Source of the DNA: Antedon mediterranea
Taxonomy: Eukaryota > Animalia > Echinodermata
Assembly (NCBI RefSeq): GCF_964355755.1
Contig: NC_092676.1
Location: 11,881,888-11,945,887, forward strand
Reading direction: 5' to 3'
DNA: 64,000 nt
Shown here: positions 1-8,765 of the stretch, piece after piece
How the letters are laid out: every line of letters begins with the position of its first letter
Numbering within the stretch: the first letter of the stretch is position 1
Notes under the pieces: model-generated
What the model was told of the DNA's origin: nothing
The model's input: only the letters and a program-made list of their open reading frames with translations
Databases searched by the model: none
Translations under genes and position numbers: made by a program

Positions 1-317
1 AAGAAACCCACTATTATAAGTCAACAATGTGTTGTATATAAATTTAAATGTGACTTGTGCGATGCAAGTTATGTTGGATATACATTCCGACACCTCTACC
101 AACGCATTGTTGAACATAGTAGATGTTTAATAGGACAGCATTTAAAGAATCATAACGAGATTGTTAATCCAAGTAAAATTTATTATGTTTTAGTAGTATA
201 CTTAGGAAATGCAAAAACAAATTTGACTGTCTTATCTATGAAATGTTGTATGTCAGACAATTAAAACCTAGTCTGAATAAACAAAGTGATTCTGTAAAAG
301 CTAAGCTTTTCATTTGA
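1..317 (+). pseudogene. Penelope-like retroelement GIY-YIG endonuclease, C-terminal fragment (frameshifted, cut by window start)
   Basis: Frame 1 reads KKPTIISQQCVVYKFKCDLCDASYVGYTFRHLYQRIVEH (VVYkfkC-x2-C-x3-YVG-x-T-x-R...R..EH = PLE GIY-YIG). After a frameshift near 185-195 it continues SILRKCKNKFDCLIYEMLYVRQLKPSLNKQSDSVKAKLFI* (E...KPSLN motif), with TGA at 315-317. Confidence 0.9.
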
Positions 318-407
318 CAGGATGTTAGACAATAGGTCTTTTGTTATTTAAACTTTGACCTTTGGCTTGTGTTAATTAATTAGTTGTTTTTTTAAATTTT
401 ATTCATT

Positions 408-448
408 GGACTTGATACTGACCCCATGATGGAGTCGAAACGTCGTTC
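408..448 (+). ncRNA. Degenerate/variant minimal type I hammerhead ribozyme in PLE 3' region
   Basis: GGAC-TTGATACT-GACCCCA tga TGGAGTC-GAAA-CG-TC-GTTC. Helix I is GGAC/GTTC, helix II has one mismatch, followed by GAAA, a palindromic ACGT helix III and a TC site. The core is a U3/A8 variant with C at position 9. It lies 90 nt after the PLE stop codon, where PLE hammerheads are expected. Confidence 0.6.
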
Positions 449-737
449 TTTTTTAAGCGTTATTTTTCTATTATTTATTTACAATAAACGTACCCTCATT
501 CAAAACTTGGATCCTCCCAAGATTGATAATCGCGTATTCCGGTTATCACGTGATTGATTCACGGTTGGTTGCCAATTTAGCGAATAAGAAAATATTGTTT
601 CACCATTTGGTTTCACAATTGCCGTTTGGTTCACAAAAAAAAAGCCGACCTTCATTTTCGTCAGTTTAGGGTCGTGGCCAACACGATTTTTGGCTCAGTT
701 CTCCACATTCATGTACGCTGTGATTGTAATAAATACG

Positions 738-800
738 TACAGTAGAACCTTTGTTTTACGTACCCTGATTTTACGTTCCCTTGATTTTACGTACGCTTAA
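738..800 (+). mobile_element. Single Tc1/mariner (pogo/Tigger-like) terminus
   Basis: TA|CAGTAGAACCT followed by three internal (G/GA)TTTTACGT direct repeats. No matching right TIR was found in the window. Confidence 0.4.
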
Positions 801-1462
801 AATGACATCATCATTTTCGTACATTGAGGGCGCAATTTAACAACAACAAAGCACAAAGCCATGACTGTGTCAAGAAGACTGAGGTATATTCAGAGCGTCA
901 TTCTGACGACTGGAGCATTCTCTACTTCCCTACGGAGCGCCATTTATGCCTTTATTAACTTCAATAATAGAAATAATACTACGGTAAATGCTCAAGTGGA
1001 CACAATTTAGCACCATGGTAGCACAGTGATATAAAATAAAAATAAGTCACTGAATGTTAATATCTTTTCGTATGTTAATACACTGTGCCCGAGTGGACCT
1101 AAATAAGTTTCAATATAGTTTCTTATGTTAATACACTGTGCTCCAGTGGATCCAATTTGGCGCAAGTGGTGGAGCACAGCGAAATGGTCACATACAAAAA
1201 CATCCAGAAAAAATACTTCTTGAATTCAACAATATTTCAAACTTGGTATATATGTTCAATGTCGGTTATTCCATCCGTAATGCAAAAGAAAAATTAGTTT
1301 CAAGCCATATCAGTGATTCTAATAACTTGCGTTTGTCTAAGATAAATACTTTGTTAGTGTCCCCGGAAAGTCTCCTGTACTAGCCCACCATGATTGGGGC
1401 AGAGTTAATAATGAAAATAGAGCCCACAATTGCACTTATACTTATACTTATTACTGTACTAC

Positions 1463-1585
1463 ATAATCAGCTGTTCAGTAATGTACTACTTTGTGGCGTA
1501 ACGGGTAATTCTCAGGTTTGAGTGTTCTCAGCATTGGGTTCGAACCTCTACGGATATTTTTTATTTTATTTTATTTTATTTTTTT
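1463..1585 (+). repeat. tRNA-derived short repeat, copy 1 (A box, B box, T-rich tail)
   Basis: TGGCGTAACGGG (A-box-like), GGTTCGAACC (B box), then (T)n/(TTTTA)n. Aligns by eye with 2612-2720. Confidence 0.6.
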
Positions 1586-2274
1586 AAATAAATATTGTTT
1601 TTGAAAGTGAGATATTTTGAGGGTTGTAAATGTCAGGCCTAAACAAGTGGACCTTTTTTAAAATCAGAAACAAAGTTGCATGGCATTATTTTTCATTAAA
1701 TAGACTGCCATAAAGCCTCGAAAAGAAGCCCATGTGCTCCTTCATTTTTAGTACTCATGGCTGGGCTTCTTTTCCACCTTGAGTGAATGTTCTATATTTG
1801 ATCTTATTTCACTCTCCATTAACCCATACAAAAATAATCGGAGACAAACTATCTGTTTAAAACATGGTTATTCTGGGACGGTGTGGCCATACACACCAAC
1901 TACCATAAACGTTTATTCATAACATATTACAATACAATATCTTGCATGCATCGGACATTTCGCTACCAATGTAGCAACATTGATTAACAAAATCAAAATT
2001 CAACAGTGTGGCGTGTTGACCGCAAATTACTAACAATACCATCTTTCCCACGACAACTGCACAAACTCATTTGCATAACAAGGAACGGCATACCAAACTA
2101 CGGTGAGACATACATTCTCTTCTAAACACGTAACGAAGATATAATAACTTTATTGAACAGACACTTTTAGAACAGCGGCACACGTTAATTAATTAATTAA
2201 TTAATTTGTTTTTTACATTAAAATTGAGGGCGCTAAACATAAAATTTACGAGATGAAATACATGTAGCGAAAGC

Positions 2275-2537
2275 CAAAAAGAAAAGTAAAAAATGTGCTC
2301 TCCCTGCCTCAGCACTAAGACCCTGCCACAGCCTTGGGGTCATTTCCACCACATCATCACCAGATTCATTGCTAGTGCCTTCTCAAGATGTGTGATGGAA
2401 AGGGGGACGTATAACTATGTGAACCCCAAACACAGTTGGTCGCATACCTTAAACTCTATTCCACCGACTAGCGTGGGAATCGAACCCACGACATACGTGT
2501 TGTCAACACGACGCCCAGTCGCCTGAGCTAACTGGTC
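2275..2537 (-). mobile_element. tRNA-headed SINE (~260 bp)
   Basis: The minus strand begins with a 73-nt tRNA-like head (2465-2537), continues through a GC-richer ~170-nt body and ends in T-tracts (A-rich on + at 2275-2292), consistent with a Pol III terminator/tail. Confidence 0.6.
2465..2537 (-). pseudogene. tRNA-like cloverleaf, tRNA-Ile-like body with GAC anticodon (pseudogene/SINE head)
   Basis: GACCAGT TAGCTCAG GCGACT GGGC G TCGTG TT-GAC-AA CACGT ATGTC GTGGG TTCGATT CCCAC GCTAGTC G. The T arm is perfect, the acceptor stem has a C-A mismatch, the anticodon stem has a T-T mismatch, and the D-loop GG is absent. Confidence 0.7.
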
Positions 2538-2611
2538 ATTTTGGTTTTAACAAGGTTAATATGATATTTATGACGTAATGATGAATTACGTAATACACGT
2601 ATAAATATACC

Positions 2612-2720
2612 ATTATCAACTGTTCGGTCGTGTACTACTTCATGGCGTAACGGGTAATGCTCAGGATTGAGTGCTCTCAGTATTAGGTTCGAACCTCTAC
2701 GGAATTTTTTTTTTTTTTTA
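2612..2720 (+). repeat. tRNA-derived short repeat, copy 2
   Basis: TGGCGTAACGGG...GGTTCGAACCTCTACGGA followed by a long poly-T. Homologous to 1463-1585, including ~25 nt upstream. Confidence 0.6.
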
Positions 2721-2857
2721 AATGGCACAGTACAATATAATATATGAAATAAATTACTAAAAAAACATATTACAGTATATTCAATTTATTACTTCGAAAA
2801 CTTTATTTCGGCCATTTCGCCAAGCGGCCAACAGAGGGCGTAACTTGTTTGGGTGCT

Positions 2858-3045
2858 GGTCAACCCGTACCCAAACCAACCCGTACCCATGCCAACTCGT
2901 AGCCAACTTGGCTAACTCGTACCAAAATAATTGGTCAACTACCCACATTGGCTAACCCGTACCCATGCAAACTCAACCTAATTATTTGGCTTACTCGTAC
3001 CCATATTTACTTTACCTATTGATTGGTTTTACTCGTACATTGGCT
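2858..3045 (+). repeat. Cluster of short AAC[C/T]CGTACC repeats, probably the subterminal region of a non-autonomous DNA transposon
   Basis: About 7-8 imperfect copies of (C/T)AAC(C/T)CGTACC at irregular spacing, starting GGTCAACCCGTACC. Confidence 0.5.
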
Positions 3046-3205
3046 GGCTTACTTACCGATTTGATGGCGCGGAACTAGAGGTATGCTTTTGCCCTGAGAA
3101 TATTTTTATATTTACATTTTTTTTTATTTTACACTCGGAGAAATGTGTGCCAATAGACCGTTGAATGTAAACATCGTTTAATTAGGCATATTTATTTGTT
3201 AAAAT

Positions 3206-3848
3206 TCATTTAAATGTAATATATTGTTTAGATAAATCATTAATAATACCACCAAACTTGCGAGTTAGGATGACTATAACGAGGCATTTAATAAAAAGGC
3301 AAATTGCCTTAAAATGTAAATGTGTGTTATAGATTTGTTTGTTCAAGGAAGGTTTACTCCACGAGATGTGGAGGGCTTCCTTGACCTTAAGTTTGAAAGC
3401 GGAATCTGCAGAATCCAGAACGGTGAAGCAACCCGCAATAACGAGGGCCTTACACCGTTCTGAATCCTGCAGATGTTGACAAATGTGAGAACCCTTGTCC
3501 CTGAAATGTTCACGCACCCACACTGATAACCGTCTATTGGTTTCACTAATATACATGGAATTACATCCCATATATTTAAATTTATATACAACACGAGAGC
3601 GGAACACATCAGGGACAGGGTCCTTAAGACTAAACAAGTTTGAAATTTTGAATGATTTGAAAGCTAATTTAATATTAATACCTTTGCAATATTTACGTGT
3701 AATTTTGTCGATTCTTTGTTGTGCGCATTTGGCAAACTGTAATTAAGGTAATTTAAAATAAAGAACCTTGTTTTGTTCAATAATCGACTCAACTGACGCA
3801 ACATTGCAAGGAGAAAAAATATTACTAAGATATCTGTAAATATTGTCA
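3206..3848 (-). pseudogene. Penelope-like retroelement, linker + GIY-YIG endonuclease fragment (5'-truncated, premature stop)
   Basis: One frame reads ...KVLYFKLP*LQFAKCAQQRIDKITRKYCKGINIKLAFKSFKISNLFSLKDPVPDVFRSRVVYKFKYMGCNSMYISETNRRLSVWVREH...LKVKEALHISWSKPSLNKQ. It has the typical LPY (here LP*), KDP, VVYKF, YIGET-like and KPSLN motifs. Confidence 0.9.
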
Positions 3849-3849
3849 T

Positions 3850-4460
3850 TAATTAGACTGATAGGCTAGTCAATCTAGCAAAAAAAACCAGCCCAAAGTG
3901 AAACAATTTGCAAACAGAGATTTTTTTTTAAATGGTCATATATGATGAGGAGATCAAAATTTGAGCATCACACCTCTGTCACTCATCCCGATGATATGCA
4001 AATTAGCTTAAAATATGCAAATTAGGGTGAAATTACAGGGTTACCATATCTCAAAAACTAATAGTCCGAGAAAGTTGATTTTTTCACTAATCTATTCAAA
4101 ATGTATATATTTATATTTACTCTAATGAAACATTTTACGAAAAAATTACCGGAAATACAACATTTGATCTTCGACCCCATTTCTCAATGTTTACATATAC
4201 AATGTGACTAAAATGTCTGTAGAGACTTTATTTTGCCCTCAAATGACCCAGACATAGGTTCCTAATAGCCAGCATAGGATCACTTTGTAATTCCCAAAAT
4301 CACACCTTTGTCACACACCTCGAAAGTATGCAAATTAGTAGTACAATTTAAATAAAATATGCAAATAAGGGGAAAAAATTACAGTTGTCCTATATCTCGA
4401 AAACAACTAATGCTAGAGAGCTGATTTTTTCACAGCCGTATTCAGAATGTACATATTTTA
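3850..4460. repeat. Non-autonomous repeat with terminal imperfect palindrome and internal ~332-bp-offset duplication
   Basis: It starts with the hairpin TAGACTGA-TAGGCTAG-TCAATCTA. The block 3967-4115 recurs, diverged, at 4299-4460, and each copy has two ATGCAAAT octamers. It truncates the adjacent PLE. Confidence 0.45.
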
Positions 4461-4486
4461 TGTAATCGGTAGCGTGTGTTTGTTTG

Positions 4487-5280
4487 TTACTTGGCCAAAT
4501 TGAAAATTGGCCAAGTATGTTGATCTTTTTGGTTTGTGTGTTTGTTACTTGGCCAAATTGAAAATTGGCCAAGTATGTTGATCTGTTTGGTTTGTGTGTT
4601 TGTTACTTGGCCAAATTGAAAATTGGCCAAGTATGTTGATTGGTGCGGTTTGTGTGTGTGTGTGTGTGTTTGTTTGTTTGTCATCACTCTAGCGCTCACA
4701 ATTTTGATTCGAATGACTCCAAATTACTACCATACATGTCACCTAGTGCAAGGACGACACTGCCCAATTTTGGTTAAAATCTGGACTACGGTCCCAATTC
4801 TGGACCACTTTTAAAAATTATTTTCAGACCTGCTAGTGTTAAAAGATAGGACAGAATTATCAAAAGCCGGTGAGCAGTCTTAAATTAACAAGTAAACTTA
4901 AATTGCATTTTCTCAGGAAATACTTGTCCAAAAAACTTCATTTTTGTACAAGAGGCATGAGTTATAATTTGTGATTTGTAATTTTAAAACTGAATTAGAT
5001 TTAATATAGAGGTTTTTTGATGCGAGTAGTTTACAAAACCTATTTCTTTTCAAATTCACCCGTGTGTTTTTCGCGTTGCTGTTCTATTGTTAGCCGACTG
5101 AAGCTATTGTTCGTTGAAAGGCTGGTTACATAACCTGTACACCAAACTCGTATACACATGATTGTAGTGAAATTAGCCTAAATCACACAGCATAAGACAC
5201 ACACTTTTGGTGAAAATTGGGTCAATGTCAGGAGGCCAATTTTGATTTGGCCAAGTATCGCGCTATGCGCGAAGGCTAGT
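4487..5280 (+). mobile_element. Non-autonomous Helentron (HINE/DINE-1-like), copy 1, with triplicated 58-bp 5' module
   Basis: The 5' subTIR TTACTTGGCCAAAT plus adjacent inverted ATTGGCCAAGTA occurs at 4487, 4545 and 4603. Then come a (GT)n/(GTTT)n microsatellite, the body, the 3' subTIR ATTTGGCCAAGTA, the hairpin TCGCGC-TAT-GCGCGA and the terminal CTAGT(T). Confidence 0.8.
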
Positions 5281-6509
5281 TACTTGGCCAAATTGAAAAT
5301 TGGCCAAGTATGTTGATCTGTTTGGTTTGTGTGTGTGTTTGTTTGTTTGTTTGTTTGTTTGTCATCACTCTAGCGCTCACAGTTTTGATTCGAATGACTC
5401 CAAAGTACTACCATACATGTCACCTGGTGCAAGGACGACACTGCCCAATTTTGGTTAAAATCTGGACCACGGTCCCAATTCTGGAACACTTAAAAATTAT
5501 GTTCAGACCTGCTAGTGTTAAAAGATTGGACAGAATTATCAAAATCCGGTGATCAGTCTTAAATTAACAAGTAAACTACTAAAATTGCATTTTCTCGAGA
5601 ACTACTTGTCCAAAAAACTTCATTTTTGTACAAGAGGCAAGTGTTATAATTTGTGATTTGTAATTTTAAAACATAATTAGATTTAATGTACAGGTTTTTT
5701 GATGCGAATAGTTTTAAAAACGTATTTCTTTTCAAATTCTTCCGTGTGTTTTTCCCGCGTGCTGTTTTATTGTTCGGTTTGGTTTGTGTGTGTGTTTGTC
5801 TTCGCTCTATCGCTCACAATGGTAAATACACAGAGGAATCTTTCTTCAAATGTTAGGCAGTTGTGTATGGCTCGGTGGTCTGTGCTGGTGTCTACAGCAT
5901 TTAAGTTACCGAGACCGAGTCTCACCTTGTGAAATGAAACGAAATCAGATTTTTTTTTTTTTATTCGTATTGTTTGTTCAAGTATATTTCTTATGTAGTA
6001 TATAAATTATACGGCTGATTTATAATTAAATCTAGAGAAATTATGTCTCTATTTTTATGTTACATGGGAGGTTTATGACATATACTGAACGTGGATCGGG
6101 TTAAAATCGGTCAAGGTCAAGTGTGTTTAGGAGACGCTATCACTCACAATGGTAAATACACAGAGGAATCTTTCTTCAAATGTTAGGCAGTTGTGTATGG
6201 CTCGGTGGTCTGTGCTGGTGTCTACAGCATTTAAGTTACCGAAATCGAGTCTCACCTTGGGAAATGAAACGAAATCAGATTTTTTTTTGTTATTCGTATT
6301 GTTTGTTCAAGTATATTTCTTATGTAGTATATAAATTATACGGCTGATTTATAATTAAATCTAGAGAAATTATGTCTCTATTTTTATGTTACATGGGAGG
6401 TTTATGACATATACTGAACGTGGATCGGGTTAAAATCGATCAAGGTCAAGTGTGTTTAGGAGGCCAATTTTGATTTGGCCAAGTATCGCGCTATGCGCGA
6501 AGGCTAGTT
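5280..6509 (+). mobile_element. Non-autonomous Helentron (HINE/DINE-1-like), copy 2, head-to-tail with copy 1
   Basis: It begins immediately after copy 1 (CTAG-TT-ACTTGGCC), has the same termini and hairpin, and ends AAGGCTAGTT at 6509. It contains a different 3' body that is tandemly duplicated. Confidence 0.8.
5807..6462 (+). repeat. Two near-identical ~330-bp tandem units inside HINE copy 2
   Basis: CTATC[G/A]CTCACAATGGTAAATACACAGAGG...CAAGGTCAAGTGTGTTTAGGAG occurs at 5807-6133 and 6137-6462. Confidence 0.9.
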
Positions 6510-6985
6510 TGTTTGTTTGTTTGTTAGCAGGATTACTCAAAAAGTAATTAGAAGATCTTTACCAAAATGAATAGACAGATAGATATGTGGTCAAGGACCA
6601 TTCCATTAAATTTTGGGACCATTTGGGACCACAGTCCCAATTATGGACCACTTTTTAGTATACTTTTTCAGACCTGCTAGTGTTAAAAGATAGGACAGAA
6701 TTTATCAAAGTAAACTGAAATTGCATTTTCTCGAGAACTACTTGTCCAAAAAAAACTTCATTTTTGAACAAGAGGCAAGAGTTATAATTTGTGATTTGTA
6801 ATTTTAAAACATAATTTGATTTAATGTGCACGTTTTGTGATGCGAGTAGTTTAAAAAACCTATTTCTTTTCAAATTCACTCGTTTGATTTTCGCGTTGCT
6901 GTTCTATTGTTAGTCAACTGAAGCTATTGTTAATTGAAAGGCTTGTTACATAACCATTATACCAAACTCGCATACACATGCTTCT
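6510..6985 (+). mobile_element. Remainder of an older related HINE that hosted the tandem insertion
   Basis: (GTTT)n resumes right after copy 2 and continues the GTGTGTTTGTTTG tract broken at 4486. The segment 6630-6985 is a third copy of the core seen at ~4790-5165 and ~5470-5770. Confidence 0.65.
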
Positions 6986-7113
6986 ATATATAAATTTACG
7001 TAAGGGCAAAATTCGGTAAATCGCGCTTTATTTCTAGAATTTTTACTCGATGGAATATAAAGTTGGTTCGTACTTTCGGTACTGATTTTAACCATCTGAT
7101 GTAACCATGTTTA

Positions 7114-7920
7114 CTAATTAAATTGAGTTAGATAATTAGTTATTGACGATTAAAACGAATTTAGGTTCAACGATTTGCCCCAAATAGGGGTGTTTTCCGA
7201 TCGTGGTATACACTTACTAATGGATGTCCAACTTGAAAAATACCCGCAGATGCGGGGATGCTTCGCATTTTCCTATCTCCTCCTACGATAATTGTTTAAT
7301 GCTGTTTGTGTTTTAGGCTAATTTCATTACACTAGATGGTTCTCGAAAACATAGTAATCTCAGGGTTAAAAAAACTGGCGACTTCAAATGTACATGCAGG
7401 ACAATAATACATGTCGTTTACAGGAACGAATAAATAGACCCGGTGATTTATGTACTCAACTAAAATTAGCACCCCGGGAATTACTTCCGAAAAAGAAACT
7501 TGTCATAAAATAAGAAACAAACTGAATTTGTGTTTTGTATGTAACATTAGGGTTGAGGGATGGGGAAGAGGATGGGTGCAAAGACGAACAATTTTTAAAT
7601 ATATTCTTTGTCGATTAAGTAACGAAATATTAATTGTTTTCATGTTTTACAATAATATACCACTAAACACAGTAAAACATTGCGATTTAATACTTTGTTG
7701 AAACTGTCACCGTCATAGTCGATTGAAATAGTACAGTATTTAACGATACATCACTAATACGACGTTTATATTTTTTTTGTACAGTAGTTATATTATTAAT
7801 TAATACAAACGTTCAGAAGGAACTGTCAGTAATGAAGTAAACACCTCTATTCGGGGCGTCGGGCAAATCGTAAATTCGCTTTAATCGTCAATAAATAATT
7901 ATCTAACTCAACTTAATTAG
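7114..7920. mobile_element. MITE-like element with ~80-bp imperfect terminal inverted repeats and TA flanks
   Basis: TA|CTAATTAAATTGAGTTAGATAATTAGTTATTGACGATTAAAACGAATTTA... is the reverse complement of ...TAAATTCGCTTTAATCGTCAATAAATAATTATCTAACTCAACTTAATTAG|TA, with 3 mismatches in 50 nt. No coding capacity. Confidence 0.65.
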
Positions 7921-8414
7921 TAGGCCTAATGGTCAATTGTTTCTTAGAGCAAATTCAAACTTAAGTTGTTTCCTAACCACCAAAGTTGTTCTATGTTTAG
8001 GGTATGTGATCCTTCGTACTGTAGGCCTGTCCTCTACTGACTTTACAACGCTACTCATGCCAGTGAGGGGGAGGGTGGTGATGTGGATGGTGGTTTAACT
8101 GCAATAATAAAGTTGATTGTACATAATAGACGGCGACAACTGGAAAGGCTAGCTCATTATGCGTTAAAAAAAAGATTCCACAGATTGGAAAAAATGGATC
8201 GAATTTATGTTATGACTCTACTTGTCTTTACGACGCCTGAGGGAATAGACACTTGTGGAACAGAGATTGGAATGTTCCATTTATCGCAGATCAAAACATT
8301 TGTATATAGGCCTAAACGTATATTAAATCTATCAAAATAGTATTTTTAAAAGAAAATCGGCCTGTCTTCAACATTATGATGCTGTACTCGAGCTGTTCAA
8401 CCGGTTTTCAGCTA

Positions 8415-8765
8415 TTAACACTTTGACTGCCAGAGGTTTTTCCAGTTAGAAACTGCCACCGCCAGCGTTTATAGCCCAATTCGATGTTTTTATTAAAGCT
8501 GATTGAAACTATGTATGTGATCTGATTTACATGTAATTTAGACTAAAATAATCATAAAGATTTTAGCTTTACAATGGTACCAAGAACGATTTTCAAATCG
8601 CAATATGTAAATCGTAATAGTAAAATGAAAGTAACGCACTTTTTGAGTTTTTCGTAGTTTCGCGCAAGAAAGTCGAGATATTCGCGATTTTGTGCAAGAC
8701 ATCACAATATGAAAATATCGCCCGGTGAGATCAACAAACAACGAAAAAGTTACTTACACGGCACG
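8415..8765 (+). mobile_element. Left end of a piggyBac-like non-autonomous element running into the satellite
   Basis: TTAA|CACTTTGACTGCCAG with an internal repeat of ACTGCCA/GCCAG. The partner end (GGCAGTCAAAGTG|TTAA) was not seen in the window. Confidence 0.4.

Noticed and set aside
1071-1155. Two ~29-bp direct repeats TATGTTAATACACTGTG...AGTGGA
   Set aside because: They are real but too short and isolated to assign; probably an internal repeat of a decayed non-autonomous element.
2465-2537. Functional tRNA-Val(GAC) gene
   Set aside because: It has stem mismatches, lacks the D-loop GG, has an Ile-like body, and continues into a SINE-like body before the T-tract.
4390-6879. Short ORFs with hydrophobic CVCV/LFV stretches
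   Set aside because: They arise from HINE microsatellites and duplicated non-coding bodies.
8083-8340. 85-aa ORF upstream of the satellite
   Set aside because: It has no recognisable motif, a GTG start and no supporting exon structure. A decayed exon cannot be excluded, but nothing supports one.
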